From Azolla caroliniana (Eukaryota; Plantae; Polypodiophyta), in NCBI GenBank assembly GCA_043228905.1, contig JBHGNT010000007.1, forward strand, positions 21,390,001 through 21,454,000: a stretch of 64,000 nucleotides of DNA, given 5' to 3'. Within the stretch, counting starts at the first letter, position 1, and each line of letters starts with the position of its first letter. A program made the position numbers and the translations under genes. Positions 34,350 through 48,606 of this stretch are shown piece after piece. The notes beneath the pieces are model-generated. The model saw only the letters and a program-made list of their open reading frames with translations, was not told where the DNA came from and did no database searches.

Positions 34350-36710
34350 AATTGTGTTATCCGTTCCATTGGAAACACCTTCGATATGCCTATAGGCTAT
34401 CAGTATCAAGGGAAGTGTAACGTGAAGACTTGTGCATGGAGGCGTCATTAATGGAAGAGAACGGAGAGCATACCCGGAATATAACCCAGGGCATATACGT
34501 AGTTGAGATCGTAGGAACGACGGAACACAGATGAAAATAATAAGAGCTAATAGATATGTATTACTGCAAACAGTTATCGATGATTACAAAAACCCTGGCT
34601 CATAGCCGGTGACCTTACAGAGCTCTTATAACTATGAAAACGACCTCGCCTCTACTCTCGATATTTTCTCTCTACCGAGGTACGCAGACCTCGGTTTATA
34701 TATTTTTTCTTCATACAGAGTCGAGCCGTCGGCTGACTGTGAGGCTCGAAGCTCAGCGTTTTCCTAAACTCTACCTTCCTCACCTACTAACCTTACCTAC
34801 CGGCGTATTATATTTAACTAATTTATCTTTTTGTCCCATGGACAACAATGAGAACTTTGCCCCAGTAGTAAAGATGCCATACATCTGGACGATATTGGCC
34901 ATAGCGGCAAGCATGGACCTCGAGGTAGAGCAACTGGATGTCAAGACGACATTCCTACATGGCGACCTCGAAGAAGAGATCTACATGCATCAACCGGAAG
35001 GATTTGAGAGGAAAGGGAAGGAGCACCTGGTGTGCCGGCTGAAGAAGAGCGTATACGGACTGAAGCAAGCTCCCCAACAATGGTATCAGAAGTTCGACTC
35101 CTTCATGGCCGACCAAGGGTACCACAAGACGTAGGCCGATCACTGTGTGTTTGTGAAGAAATTTGATTGAGGATATTTCCTGATACTCCTCCTATATGTG
35201 GATGATATGCTGATCGTCGGACAAGACCAAGGCAAGATTCGGATGTTGAAGAAGGCTCTGAACCGGACCTTCTCAATGAAAGACTTGGGGCCGAGAAGAC
35301 AGATATTGGGAATGCACATCATCTGGGACTGGTCGAAGAAGCTATTGTGGTTGTCACAGGAGAAGTATGTGACAAAGGTGCTTCAACGGTTCAACATGTC
35401 GGAGGCAAAACCGATCGGATCGACACTTCCAGCAAACTGCAAGCTATCTGGAAAACAAAGCCCGAGGATAAAGGCGGAGAAGACGGATATGATGAAGATA
35501 CCATATGCCTCTGCCGTCGGGAGCTTGATGTACACGATGGTATGTACCCAACCGGATATTGGATATGCAGTCGGAGTGGTGAGCCGGTTCATGAGCAATC
35601 CCGGAAAGAGAGCACTGGAACGCGGTCAAGTGGATACTCCAGTATCTGAAATGCACGTCGAATATGTGCCTCCGGTTTGGGTCTGGAAAACCCCAACTCG
35701 ATGGTTTCATGGATTTAGATATGTCGGCTGATGCAGATACTAGTCGGTCAACATTCGAATATGTCATGAATTATGTAGGGGGAGATGTTTCATGGCAATC
35801 GAGGCTCCAGAAGACGGTTGCATTGTCAACCACGGAGGCAGAGTACATGGCAGCTGTAGAAGCCGGCAAGGAGATAATCTGGATGAAGGACTTCATCGAA
35901 GAGTTAGGGATCGAACCGGAGGAATACCGGCTCTATTGCGATAGTCAAAGCGCCATCCACCTTGCAAAGAACGCGGCCTTCCATTCCCGGACAAAACATA
36001 TCTAGCAGAGGTACCACTTGATCTGGGAGAAAGTAGAAGGTCAATAATTCGTGCTGATGAAGATCCACACGGAGGAGAATGGGTCAAATATGTTGACCAA
36101 GGTGTTGACAACCGACAAGATGGACGGTGCCGAAAGCGGATCGGGTTGACAAGACATCCCATGCCGGAATGAAGGGGGAGATTGTTGGGAAATCAGTCTC
36201 TCCGGATGGAACCCGATGATGAATGAAGAGGATCCGGTGAGAACCGGAAGAGAGCCGGAAACTGGAAGAGAGACATATTTGTAAATATGTCTTGAGCAAG
36301 CCTATTGAGGCTATATTTGTAAATATCCCTAAGTTCATATAAATATAAATATGACTTAGGGCAATCACTTTATGTGTGTGTTGTTATTATTGTTGTTATA
36401 TATTGTTGTACAGAGCGAGAGCGACTTAGAGAGAGTGTGAGATACAGAGAGATACTTTGTTGTAACCGCCGGTTGGCGAAGAAACAAAGCTCGAGGTCGT
36501 TGCCTCCAAGTCTCTGATTGTACCCTCTTTTCTTCATAGTGATAGTTGAAGTCTATGGGCTCCCGTGGTTTTTCCCATTTAGGGTTTTCCATGTAAACAT
36601 CTTGTGTACTGTCTTTTGTGTGTACTTTTATTCCCATGCCTGTGTTGCACTCTTATCAAAGTAATTTAAGACTTGGTCATGGCCGAGCAATATTCCGGCT
36701 ATTCCTCACA

Positions 36711-38583
36711 TGAACATGTGATAGATCCCGCTTCTTTCCAAAAAAATTCTTGTGCGGGGTAGATGGTTGTGTTGGCAGCTTCTGCCCAGTACGACTTCGG
36801 CATGTGCTTCTTGTTAAGCATGGCCCGTGCTACTTCGAGGATGTGCCAATTCTTTCGTTCAGCTACTCCGTTTTGTTGTAGCGTATGTCGACACGAATAC
36901 TCTCGTTGAATTCCTTCTTTCCAAAGAAAAGCCGAAAATTCGTCGGAGAAGTACTCTTTTCCTCCATTTGACCGAAGACATCGTACATGTCGACCTGTTT
37001 CCTTTTCGATTCCACTCTTGAATTTTTGGAAGTGTCCGAACACTTCGATCTTTTGCCACATGGGGTTGATCCAGGTTTGCCTGGAGAAGTTGTCGATAAA
37101 GGCCACCTGGTATCGACATCCGCCGAATGTAGCCATACATTGGAATGAATTACGTTGAGTACGCCTTTGCTGACATTCCTCTCCTTTGGAAATGGGTGCC
37201 GATGTTTCTTTCCGAATCGGCATATTGGACATATGCCTTCAATCTCTTTCTCTTTGAAGGTTGGGAGTCCGATGATGACTCCTTTCGATTGCATTGCCTT
37301 GAGGTTTTGGAGGTTGATGTGGCCAATCCGCTTGTGCCACAACTCTATGTTAGTGTCGGCTTTGGTGCCTTTTGCAAACATGGACGATTTCATCTCGTGT
37401 GAGTCGAGAATGAACATTTGGCCTTCTCTTCGTCCATGAGCGATGAGTCGACCCTCTGTCTCGATGAAGCAATCGCCTTGATTAAGTCGAACTTGCATCC
37501 CTTGCTCAACAATTTGGTCGACAGAGACCAAATTCTTCATAATGGTAGGTACATGCAAGACATTCTTAATGTAAGTTTGGTTACCTTCTTTTCCGAATGG
37601 AACATTGCCGATGTGCCAAATCGGATGAGTAGTGTTGTCTCCAGTTTCGACATAGCCGGGTCGATCCGGCTCTCAAAGTTCTTGGAACCATTCTTGATGA
37701 GACGTCATATGGTTCGAGGCACCGGAGTCGACAAACCATATGTCTTCCTGATTGGCGGCACTAGTTGAACTAGAGGCTGACATAAAATTTGCTCTATGTC
37801 TCATCACAAACACTTCGCCATGATCGTCATAGTCGGAGTTGGTGGCGTGGTTGGTGAGGTGTCGGCTAGTGGAAATCAACTCGCGCATCTTCTTTCGGCA
37901 CTCTTCTTCGTGGTGGCCAATTTTTCCACAATATCCGCATTCGATCGAGTTTTTTCGGCTCGAACCGGAGTGGAAGCTCTCCCTTCTTCCGAAGGTTCCT
38001 CAATGGTTTCCGTCTTGTTGCCGAAATTGCGAGCTGTTTTCGCAAGTTGGGCCTCGTTTGCCTCGTCCTTGACCAAATCAACCTCTTCCTTGGTCGCGCC
38101 CTCTTTCTACGTTCAAATGTGTGTAGAGCATGTGGCCTTCCGAAGCATTGCTCCTTGTTCGAACATGGTTCTCTTCGATCCACAACATGGATTGAAGATC
38201 GAAGAAAGAGGGAGGATTCTCCCATGCTAGTACGATGGTCCTGATCGTGCCAAACAATGGTGCAAGGCCGCCAAGGCATATTTGCACCATCTTATCATCA
38301 TCCACATTGACGCTTATTGAGCCAAGCGAGTCACAAAGCTCCTTGATATTCAAGGTGTAGCTTGTGATGGACATATCCCTTTGTTGGATATTATTCAACT
38401 CTTGGTGGTGTTGAAGCTTTCTTGCGGTTGTGTTGGCCGTGAAAATCTTCCGTAGATTCTCCCACATTTCCTTCAGCGTCACGACTTCTCGAATGTAGCC
38501 GAGCATGTGGTCCTGGACACATGTCGCCAAGCATTACATCACTCGGCTTGCCACTTGCTCCCATGTTGAGGAGTCAATGTGAT
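36711..38583 (-). mobile_element. Copia D, 5' half (gag, protease, integrase), truncated at the copia F LTR
   Basis: WENLRKIF..ARKLQ, WFVDSGASNH and QNGVAERKN on the minus strand. Confidence 0.9.
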
Positions 38584-41500
38584 TGTGAAGAATAGCACGT
38601 AATATTGCTCGGCCACAACCGAGTCTTAGATCACTTATTTGGGGATCAAACACAGAAATGGGAATAGAGATGAATACTCGTACACCATAAAGAAAGTAAA
38701 CAGGTTGTTTACGTGGAAAACCCTAATAGGGAAAAACCACGGGAGCCAAACTATCACTATATGAGAAAGGTATAATCAGAAACTTGGAGGCAACGACCTC
38801 GAGCTTTGTTTCTTCGCCAAGCGGCGGTTACAACAAAGTATCACTCTGTATCTCTTCTCTCTCTCTCTCTCTCTCTAACTGTCACTCTCTTGTCACTCTC
38901 TTTATACAATAGTTATGCACATACAACAATATGACAACAACACTTACAAAGTGATTGCCCTAAGTCATATTTATACTTATATGAACTTAGGGCTATTTAC
39001 AAGTATAGCCTTAATAGGCTTACTCAAAACATATTTACAAATATGTCTTCTCTTCCGGTTCTCATTGGGTCCATCCGATCTGGTTTTCGGATCTCTTCTG
39101 GTTCTCACCGAGTCCATCCAATCTGGTTTCCGGATCTCCTCCGGTTCTCACTGGGTCCTCTTCATTCATAACCGGATCCCATTCGAAGGGACTGACTTCC
39201 CAACAATCTCCCCCTTCACTCCGGCATGGGATGTCTCGATAACCCGATCCGCTTTCGGCACACGTCCACCTTGTCGGTTATCAACACCTTGGTCAACATA
39301 TCCGGCCTATTCTCCTCCGTGTGGATATTCATTAGCACGAACTCTTGATCTTCTACTCTCTCCTGGATCTAGTGGTACCTCCGCTGGATATGTTTCGTCC
39401 GAGAATGGTAGGCCGCGTTCTTTGCAAGGTGGATGGCACTTTGACTATCGCAGTAGAGCCGATATTCCTCCTGTTGGATCCCTAGCTCTCCGATGAAGTC
39501 CGTCATCCAAATTATCTCATTACCGGCTTCCACAACTGCCATGTATTCCGGCTCAGTGGTTGACAACGCAACTGTCTTCTGTAGCCTCAACTGCCATGAA
39601 ACAAGGGGGGATGTAGACCGGCTAGTATTTGCATCAGCCGACATATCCGAATCGATGAAGCCTTCCAAGAGGGGTTTACTAGAGCCGAATCGGAGGCACA
39701 TACTCGAGGTGCCTTTCAAATACCGGAGTACCCACTTTACTGCATTCTAGTGCTCTCTTCCAGTGTCGTGAAGATCTGTCACTACGTGCGGATCGTGAGG
39801 CGGAACCACCGGGGTCCTAGACTAGAAGGATTCGAAGTTTGCACTAACTTTAGCGAGAAAGTATTTAAGATAGATTGAGAGAGATTGATATGACGAAAGA
39901 GAGATATTGAGATAAAGATTGAACTTTTAACTTTTAGATTTAAGAGAGAAGATACATCAACAATAGGATTACAAGTTTCTTATTTTTCCCAAAATTTTCA
40001 TTAGTCTCATTTGCTTGATTCCTCCACTCTTTTATAGATGCCCCCATGCATATGGTGCATGTGAGGGTGCAAGACATGCACGTAATGCATGAAATGCATG
40101 CTTGTCATGCCATCATCTAAGCTCTCATGTATGAGAATTTACATGTAAAAGTATAATGATAAAAATATAGTTTTTAAGGAAATGACTTGGCTTAGTGGTA
40201 AGTATATTGCTTCCTATCTTGGAGGTGCAAGGTTCAAGCCTTGCTCACATCCCTTTTTAAACACAAAATACTACTAGGCTTTTGGTCTTGTATTTACACC
40301 AAAAATCTTAAAAACACCATGCATCGCAATCAACTGACCGGTTCAATCCGATCCTGTCCGTCGCCGTCCGGTCTGGGTCACCGGTCACCGGTCGCCGTCT
40401 CGCCGACTCCCTTTTAAAACACAAAATACTACTAGGTTTTTGGTCTTGTATTTACACTGAAGATCTTCAAAACACCATGCACTGCGATCAATCGACCGAT
40501 CTGTCTGTCCCGACCGGTTCAATCCGATCGTGTCCGTCGCCATCCGGTCCCGGTCTCGCTCGTCATCTCGCCGCCTCCGTCCGATCGTCGTCAGCTCTCG
40601 CTGTCTCTCCGGGTCTGTCTGGTCGGCTCACGTCCTGGTCTCGGTCGCCATCCGGTCCCGGTCTCGCTCGTCATCTCGCCGCCTCCGTCCGATCGTCGTC
40701 AGCTCTCGCTGTCTCTCCGGGTCTGTCCGGTCGGCTCACGTCCTAGTCTCGGTCGCCGTTCGGTTCTGGTCGTCCAAAATCTTTATAAGTAGTTAAGCCA
40801 CACCCATTCATCCAATTAGTTTAGCTAAAGTTACCTCGAACATTCTATGATCCACTCATAAACACAAAGCAATAGATTTTGGCTCTACTTATATACTCTA
40901 GGATCCTTATTTGTCTTGTCTATGTGGGATATCTCGTAGTTTTGTTTTTTCTCTTCTTTTTGGCAAACTTTATACCCACATAACTTGACATTTAGTTGTC
41001 CGTTTCAAATGTAGTAAAGTACATTCGGAAGCTCTTGAAGACCTCCATCTTCTCGTAACAAGATATTAAGCTAATCTAAAATAGTATCTTCACTATTATT
41101 GTTTCATGTCTTGTGTGAAGAACCACACTTGATTTTGTACATTCCTCGCAATTTTCACACCATTATCGAAAATCTTCACGACATCGGGATTGCTCATGAA
41201 CTGGCTTACCAATCCGACTACATATCCGATATCCGGCCAGGTACATACCATCGTGTACATCAAGCTTCCAATGATAGAGGCATATGGTATCTTCATCATA
41301 TTCGTCTTCTCCGTCTTTGTCCTTGGGCTTTGTTTTCCGGATTGCTTGGAGTTTCCTCTGTTTGTTCCGAATCCGAATCCGATTCGGGATCTTGTCCAGT
41401 TCCAGTGTCTTCTTCTTCTTCTTCTTCGGTTGGTTTAGTTTATTGTCTGAATCCGTCCGGTTTTTCGAGTGTCATCCGGTTACTGGCTAATATTCGGTTT

Positions 41501-43251
41501 TCAATTGGGTAGGTCCTTGTGTCCTCAAACCGGTTTTCACTGGATGATCCACAGTTCATCATCTTCTTCTCCAACTCCCAGTCAACAATGGTCCTATCTT
41601 CCATGAAAACTATGTCCCGACTCCGGAACACCTTCTTGTCGACCAGATCCCACACCAGGTAACCGAACTCATCGAATATGCATGGCCTGGACTTCGGATC
41701 CAACTTTGTCTCTTGTTCTTTGCAACATGCACATATGCAAGACACCTGAACACCTTTAGATGCCGGTAAGGCACGTCCTTACCGGTCCATAATCTTTGCG
41801 GCGTGTCTCCGTCCAAGGGTACCGAGGGTGATCTGTTTATCACGTAAGTCTCCATCATCAGCACCTCAGTCCAAAACGTCTTGGGTAACTTGGCATGTGC
41901 TAGCTTGCTGCAGACTCTCTCCATTATGGTCCGGCTCATCCGTTCAGCCAACCTGTTTAGTTCCGGTGTCTTCAGCACGGTAAATTTGATTTGGATTCCC
42001 TTCGACTGACAGTACTCCTCGAACTGCCCTCGGTATTCACCTCTGTTGTCTGCTCGAACCGCCTTCAACTTTTGACTACTTTCTCTTTCCACTCTCGCGT
42101 GGAGTTCCTTGAAGACGGATAGCACCCGATCCTTTGTCTTCAATGGTGAGACCAACAACTTCCGGCTGTGGTCATCTATGAATGTCACGAAGTACTAGGA
42201 TTCGACATGTGACTTTGTGTCCACTTGACACACATTGGTATGCACCATCTCCAGTGGGGCATTTTGTCTCATCGGTGGTCTTGACCGGAAGGAGGTTCGG
42301 TTTTGCTTGCCGGCTAAGAAATTGGTGCACTTCTCAAGATTCATGTCTTTCACGTTCGGAATGAGGTTGTCTTCGACAAGTCTCTTCATCCCCTTTTGGC
42401 TCATATGACACAGTCTCTTGTGCCATAGCTCACCAGCAGTGTCAGTTGCTACGTTCACTTCTTCCCGGCATATCTGGGCATGCATCAAGTACAGTGCGTT
42501 GACCTTCCGGGCACGAGCTACTATTAGGCTCCCTTTGCTAAACTTCATAACTCCGTTCCGGATGCTAACAGTGTACCCTTCATCATCTAGCTGACCGACT
42601 AATATCAGGTTTAGTCGAACCTCCGGAATGTAAGACATCCTTTAACAACAACTTGCATTTGGTTGATGTCGTCAACAACACATCTCCAATGTCGACAATT
42701 CGTCATGTACCTTCATTCCCCATCCGGACACAACCATGATCACCGGTTGTGTAGGATGAGAAGCATTTTTTATTGGGTGTCAGGTGGAATGACGCTCCGG
42801 AATCGACAACCCAAGTTGTCTCGTTGCTGACAAGTTTTAACTCATTCTCCTCGGTAATGAGCATAAGTCTTTCTTCACTTGTCGCAATCACCGACGTTCC
42901 TTTCCGATCCGGGCCACTCCGGTCCAAACTCTTCTTTGAATCGGTAGTGCCAATTTCTTTCTCTTTCCGGAAATGCCGACAGTTCTTTTGAAAGTGCCCC
43001 GACTTCCCACAGTAGAAGCACGTTGGCCTCCCCCTTGACTTCGACCTCGTCCCGGATTTGTCCCGGATTTGGGGACTCTGATACAAGCCTCTTCCTCGGT
43101 TGTGGTCATCTTCCATGACGAAGGCCTTCAGATCGGTTCGGTACTCCTGGTCCTTCCGGTGAGCTTCGTCATCTAGTAGGCTTGATTCTACCCTTGCTAG
43201 GGACAACAACTTTCCTTCAGGCCTGGCGTTGCCCAACATTACAACTAACGT
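38584..43251 (-). mobile_element. Degenerate Tnt1-like copia 'F' (E/I family), most of RT deleted near 41345, gag cut by gypsy G
   Basis: 3' LTR 38584-39205; PPT complement at 39206-39218; RNase H, integrase, protease and knuckle remnants. Confidence 0.9.
39764..41183 (-). mobile_element. Solo LTR (1420 bp) of the Trp-gypsy group inside copia F
   Basis: TGTCGTGAAGAT..ATCTTCACGACA termini; shared U5 motif at about 39799-39825; flanks CCAG/TCGG are consistent with a decayed CCGG TSD. Confidence 0.8.
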
Positions 43252-46112
43252 TGTCGTGAAGATTCCGGGCCATAAGCGGAAACAAGGTGAAACGCGTAGG
43301 GACACTGGTGTACGCAAGTGCACACCTCAAGGGAATTAAATAGGACAAGTACTAGGCATGAGTATAAGGAGGGGTACTAGGTAGTTAGAGCATTAAAGAA
43401 GATATAGACATCGCATAAGTAGGGAGAGTTACGAGGAGAGTAAATTAGGGGAGAGAATCTAGGACGAAAAGTGACGGGTCATGAATGCTTGTAACGGTCG
43501 CCCCTTGTGCTACAAAAGGGGCGACCTTTGACTGTCTTCGGGATGCCATCTAGAGGAAAGGATATACAGAGAAGGACCGACGACTGATTGCGGAAGAAGG
43601 CGCTTCCCCTGCTCGCGTTAGACGCCCGAATGCTCCCGACCTGGGGATCGACCTTCTGCACACCGACGTCTCTTTGTATTTGGCTTTTACGAAGCTCTAC
43701 ATTCCATCGCCGGCTCTGATCCGGTTGTATTCACCTGCAGCACCACACACTTGCGTTGTTTAATAGAAACCCTTTTTCTCCTAACATACGTCGTGCCTAG
43801 TGTATTTGACCGTGTCTGTGTCCACGCACGAATCTCTTACTCTCTCCCGAGCGCTATCCTTACCTGTTTTCCCGTGGTCCCAAGGCCTACTCGGTCTCTA
43901 AACACCCCCCCTCCTCGCTTTCTTGATTCCTTGGTTCAAGACCCCCATGGTCCTGCTCGACTTCTACGCATCCGCGAGGATAACCTCGACATCTTTGGTG
44001 AACTAGACGTGAAGAAGGGCGGCAAAGGAATCTGGAGATGAGAGGAAGCGAACTTGTAGAAGTGATGGCGGTGGCGGTAGACTGCTTGGTTAGTGCTTGC
44101 GAGGGCGCAAGTGCCCTCGACCGGGCCATAGAGGCAACAATCGGCAAGATAGGCTGGTTCGGCGGAAAGGACGCCACGAGTTACTTAGAGGCCTACAAAT
44201 CTGAAATGCAGATGAGGAACATACCCGAAGATAGACGGCTAGCGGGGTTTCCCTGGGTCATAACACCGCACATCCATACAGAGATGGTCAAGATACAAGC
44301 GGGCTGTCACGATTGGGCGGAGTTCGCAGAGGAAGTTCTCGAGAGGTGCAGCTATGATGATTCGCTCTGGCTATTGAGAAAGGATTTTATGGACTGGGTC
44401 AACAACCCCAACAAGGGTCAGAACGCTTCTACGCTCCTCCAGGAATTCGAGTCACGGTTCACACGACTCTCTAGGTTGGACCGAACCGTGCTTGAAACGA
44501 GCAAGGTTCTATTTTTTGTCACTTCGTTCAACTCACGCGTCCGGGAAAGCGTGGGTCTTCTTCTGGAAACCAACCGAGGCCTCACGACTGACTGGGCGAC
44601 CGTCAAGGAAGTATGCAGTAGGATTGACAAACGCCGGGACCGGAAAGAAAAGGGGTCCTCTTCGGTCGGACCGGCTATTGAAATCTGGGCCGAACCAATG
44701 CTGACCTGAATGGAAGAAACGAGGAGGTGGCTCGAGCTAGGCCCACCCCCAGCGAACATAGTCGCGGGACCTGCAGGTGGCACTGGACTAGAAGAATTGA
44801 TAAGGATGGTGCGCGACCTCCAGATCGCCCAGACCCGACAAAGCGACGAAGGTTAGCCGCGCGACCGGCCACCACAGAGGTGGGTATGGTGCGATGCCAC
44901 CGGACATGCCCGGAGAGAATGCGCTGACTTCGGAGAAGCGCTCAGGAGTAATGTAGTGTACCTTTCGAATGGCAAGGTACATGCAAGCGACACATGAAGA
45001 TTGCTCGACACGAATTTTAGACGAGGTGGCATGAAGAGGCAAATGGAAGAAGCCACAGCCTGGCACGTCGAAGCCATCCACTATTCGGCTTTGACCAGCA
45101 TACGCGTAGGGGAGAAAATGACCAAACCCGATTCCAAATCTGGGTTCTGGCTGGTCGTTCTCGAGACCTTGTCCGGACAAAAGTTGCAGAAGGAGGAAGC
45201 GGAGCACGTAGAAGAACATGTTCACGAAGTTACCGGGTGGAGCGACCCTGTTGAAGAAAGCACCGGCTTTGTGGAGGCCACTTGTAGAAACTATGAAGCC
45301 CTGATCGACGAAAGGCGAGCGGGAAAAACCGGGGGAGCGGGCCCATCGGGGAAGCAGGACACACGAAGCGCAACCAAAAAGCACGATGCCACTCCGAGCT
45401 TCGACTTAAGCTTGGAGATAGAGAAAACAACGAACCTACAAAAGGTTCTAGAGGAGCGAGTTCTCGACAGTTGCATGGAGCTCACGCTTAGGGAAGTGCT
45501 TGGCATAGCAAGAACGGAGTTCCACGACAACATCGTGGACCTCGTGAAGAGAAAGCGTCTCGCAACGGAACCAGAGCCCGAGAAGCCAGTTGAGGTAAGG
45601 GGGGCACTCCTTGATGAGATAGCCATGGAAAATGAGCTTGCGGAGAGCCACTACGCCAAACTACACTGGGCAAGAGCTACAACAGAAACCCCGGTTCGTA
45701 TCGGCAATGTCAAGGAACCGGTGCTGGCGTTAATCGATCATGGGTCGGAAATTAACTTGATGTCCATGGACTTCTACAAAAAGGGGAATTGGCCGATCAA
45801 TACCAAACATGGGTGGAGGATACGCGCGGCTACAAGAGCCACAGAAGAACTACACGGGGCTTGCCCGAACGTTAGGGTGAGTGTCAGGGACGTCGACATA
45901 AACCAACACTTTTTCGTGCAAGAGACGTCCTCTCACCCAGTCATCCTTGGGGAACCATACATCACGGCGGCTAGAATGGAAATGAAAGTGTTGGACAATG
46001 GTTTAGCCTACGCGAGGGTCAAAAGTCAGGATGGTTGTCACTTCGTTCAATTTTTGACCGTTCGAAAGAACCACGAACGAAATCGGGACACCGTCGGAAA
46101 TGATAACAAGCC

Positions 46113-46156
46113 GGATTTTTAAAAAGGGCTATCAAGGCGTGGGGCCGCGATAGTCC
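46113..46156 (+). promoter_or_regulatory. Putative -1 frameshift signal of G
   Basis: GGATTTT-TAAAAA-GGGCTATC aag GCG tggggc CGC GATAGTCC. Confidence 0.75.
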
Positions 46157-48606
46157 GGATAACCAGAAAGCTCCCCACACCTGTAAAATAGGTAGGAAAG
46201 TTTTGTTCTCCGACAACGGAGGATGTACCATAGTCAGCATCAGTGGCCGAGAAAGAAAATAGGCCGAGATACGCTTAAAGGCATGTGGAGCCTTGAGCCG
46301 CGATGAAGGAATTGGGGAAGCCGTGGAGGCAGTCTCGTTTGATGACACCCTCGGTGAAATCGGGAAGGTAGTCGAAGGAGGTCTAAGCGAAGACTGAGTC
46401 ATACCGGTCAACTCGATCGACATGTATGAAGTCATTGCGGACTTCGAAAGAGGAACCCGGGCACATCGGATTGCCTGAGTAGACACGAAATACAAGATTG
46501 TGAACCGGAAGGTGAAGCCCGTTGCGGCTCCCTTGCCGGAGGGCAATTGGGAACAAATATAGGGGGTCGCTACCGATCCCAGCTTGCGGGATCCGGCCAG
46601 CATAGGGCACCGTTTCACTGACAAAACACTATGAGAGCTAAAGATCGGTGGGGGTGGTTTCCTGCTGCAGACGGAAGAGGATCGGTTCAGAAGGATGCTC
46701 GAAAGGCACGGAAAGGCCTTCGCATTCTGACCAGGAGAGATCGGGTGCATCAATCCCACCATCGTCGAGCCAATGGTAATCTTTACGGTACCGCACGTAT
46801 CATGGAGCCTCAAGCCAATCCAAGTACCAAGGGCTCACATGCCAATGCTGATGGAGCTCCTTAAACAAAAAGTAGAGCTGGGCATCCTCGAATCATCGAG
46901 TGCCCCCTATTCTAACTGGTGGTTTATGGTATTGAAGAAGAACGGTACGCTACGGTTCATCCAGAACTTACAATCGGTCAACAAAGTGACCATCCGTAAT
47001 ACAGGAGTCAGACCGTCGATCGATGAGTTCGCGGAAGCCTTCGCTGGAAGGTCCATATACTCGGTCGGAGACCTTTACTCAGGATACGACCAATTCCAGC
47101 TGGCCATGGAAAGCAGGAACCATATACTCGGTCTAGTTTGGATGTGCACCTTACCACAAGGAGGAACCAACTCGGTTGCACACATGGTGAATGCTATGAA
47201 CAGAGTTCTGAGGGACTGCATTCCGGACATCACCATGCCTTTCCTGGATGACATCCCTATCAAGGGGTGTCAAGAGGACACCAAGGATGAGTCGATTGGC
47301 GCGGACGGGTGCCGAAGGTTTGTCACGGACCACATTGCCAATTGCAAAAAGATACTACAGAGGCTCGAAGGCGCGCGGCTTACCTTTTCGGGAGAGAAGT
47401 CGGCCTTCGAGCGACAAGAGATATTAGTGGTTGGCCACCTATGTGGGTCGTATGGCCGGAAGCCATCACCGACTAAGGTAGAGGCCATCTCGGTAATGAG
47501 GGAGGAGTGCGGATCCGTCATAGAGGTTTGACGATTCTTAGGGGCATGCGCCTTCTACCACATATGGATCCCTCACTACGCGCACGTCGCCGAACCTCTC
47601 TACGATCTGCTAAAGAAGAGTAGGAAATTCGAATGGGCAAAGGAACATACGTAGGCAATTTGGAGGCTAAAACGAACGCTCGCCGCAGCACTGGCTTTGC
47701 GCAAAGAGGAATACGCATCAAGTAGTCCGGTCTACATCACATCGGACACCAGCTTGACCGGGATTGGATGGGTTGTGAATCAAGAGGGCGAAGACGACAC
47801 GTGCTTCCCTATCTGGTTCGGTGCGAAGGTACTAAGTGAACGATAGCGAGGATACGCGCAAGTCAAGCGCGAGCTGTGGGGTATCGTTTCGGCGGTTAAG
47901 GTCGACAAAGGCTACTTGATCGGGGCAAAAGTAATTATAGAAACGAACTGCCTGCCGATTCTCGTTATGGTCTCCGGATGCGCGACCCCCGACCTAGCCA
48001 TGCTCAGGTGGATTGCGTACATCAAGTCCCTGAACCCGGAGATACGACACATCTCTGGTAAAGAAAGCTCCATGGCCGACATGCTTTCCAGAGCAAGATT
48101 CGAGGACGAGGACGGCATGGTATCGGAGAACGAAGAAGTCGGCGCAGACTTCTTCAAATCGGCGAGGATGAATTTAAAAAGACGAAGCACTCCACCAGTG
48201 AATGAATTCGACGAAGACGGCTACGACGGAGAATGGCTTCTAATCGGGAAGTTTCTGAAGACAATGACAGCGGACGTCTCAATGACTAGGGAGGAGGCCG
48301 GACAGCTCCGGAAGAAGGCGTACAGATATTTCCTACGGAACGGGAAAATCTGGAGGGTCCTAAAAAGGCGAAACGATGCACCGCTCCGGATAATAGCGCG
48401 GACGAATGACCAGCAGAAGCTAATGTCGGAGTTCCACAAGAGCCCTTGGTCTGGACACCGGGGTACATGGGCTACATTCGAGAAGTTAAAGGAAAAATAG
48501 TAGTGGCCCAACATGTACAAGAGCGTGCATGAGTTCGTGTCTACGTGCGAAAGCTGCCAGATGCACTCGGTGGTTTGGCACCGCGACGAACTACACCCGA
48601 CTTATT

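Larger units (their letters stand above)
27954..34847 (-). mobile_element. Tat-like gypsy element 'T2' lacking RT/RNase H/integrase (gag-PR plus extra ORF); TSD ATGAG
   Basis: 493-bp LTRs 27954-28446 and 34355-34847; ATGAG at 27949-27953 and 34848-34852; all coding on the minus strand; TATA-like motif in the LTR on the minus strand. Confidence 0.93.
19086..36710 (+). mobile_element. Degenerate Tnt1-like copia 'E' hosting elements I and T2; TSD TGAAC
   Basis: LTRs 19086-19650 and 36183-36710; PBS 19654-19665; PPT GAAGGGGGAG 36171-36180; TGAAC at 19081-19085 and 36711-36715. Coding remnants at 19680-19818, 25327-27953 and 34853-36172. Confidence 0.92.

Noticed and set aside
40185-40250. Functional tRNA gene
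   Set aside because: A and B boxes and a T-arm are present, but there is no convincing acceptor or anticodon stem.
39764-41183. TIR DNA transposon or MITE
   Set aside because: The TGTCG..CGACA ends and the U5 motif match the Trp-gypsy LTRs, so a solo LTR is the simpler explanation.
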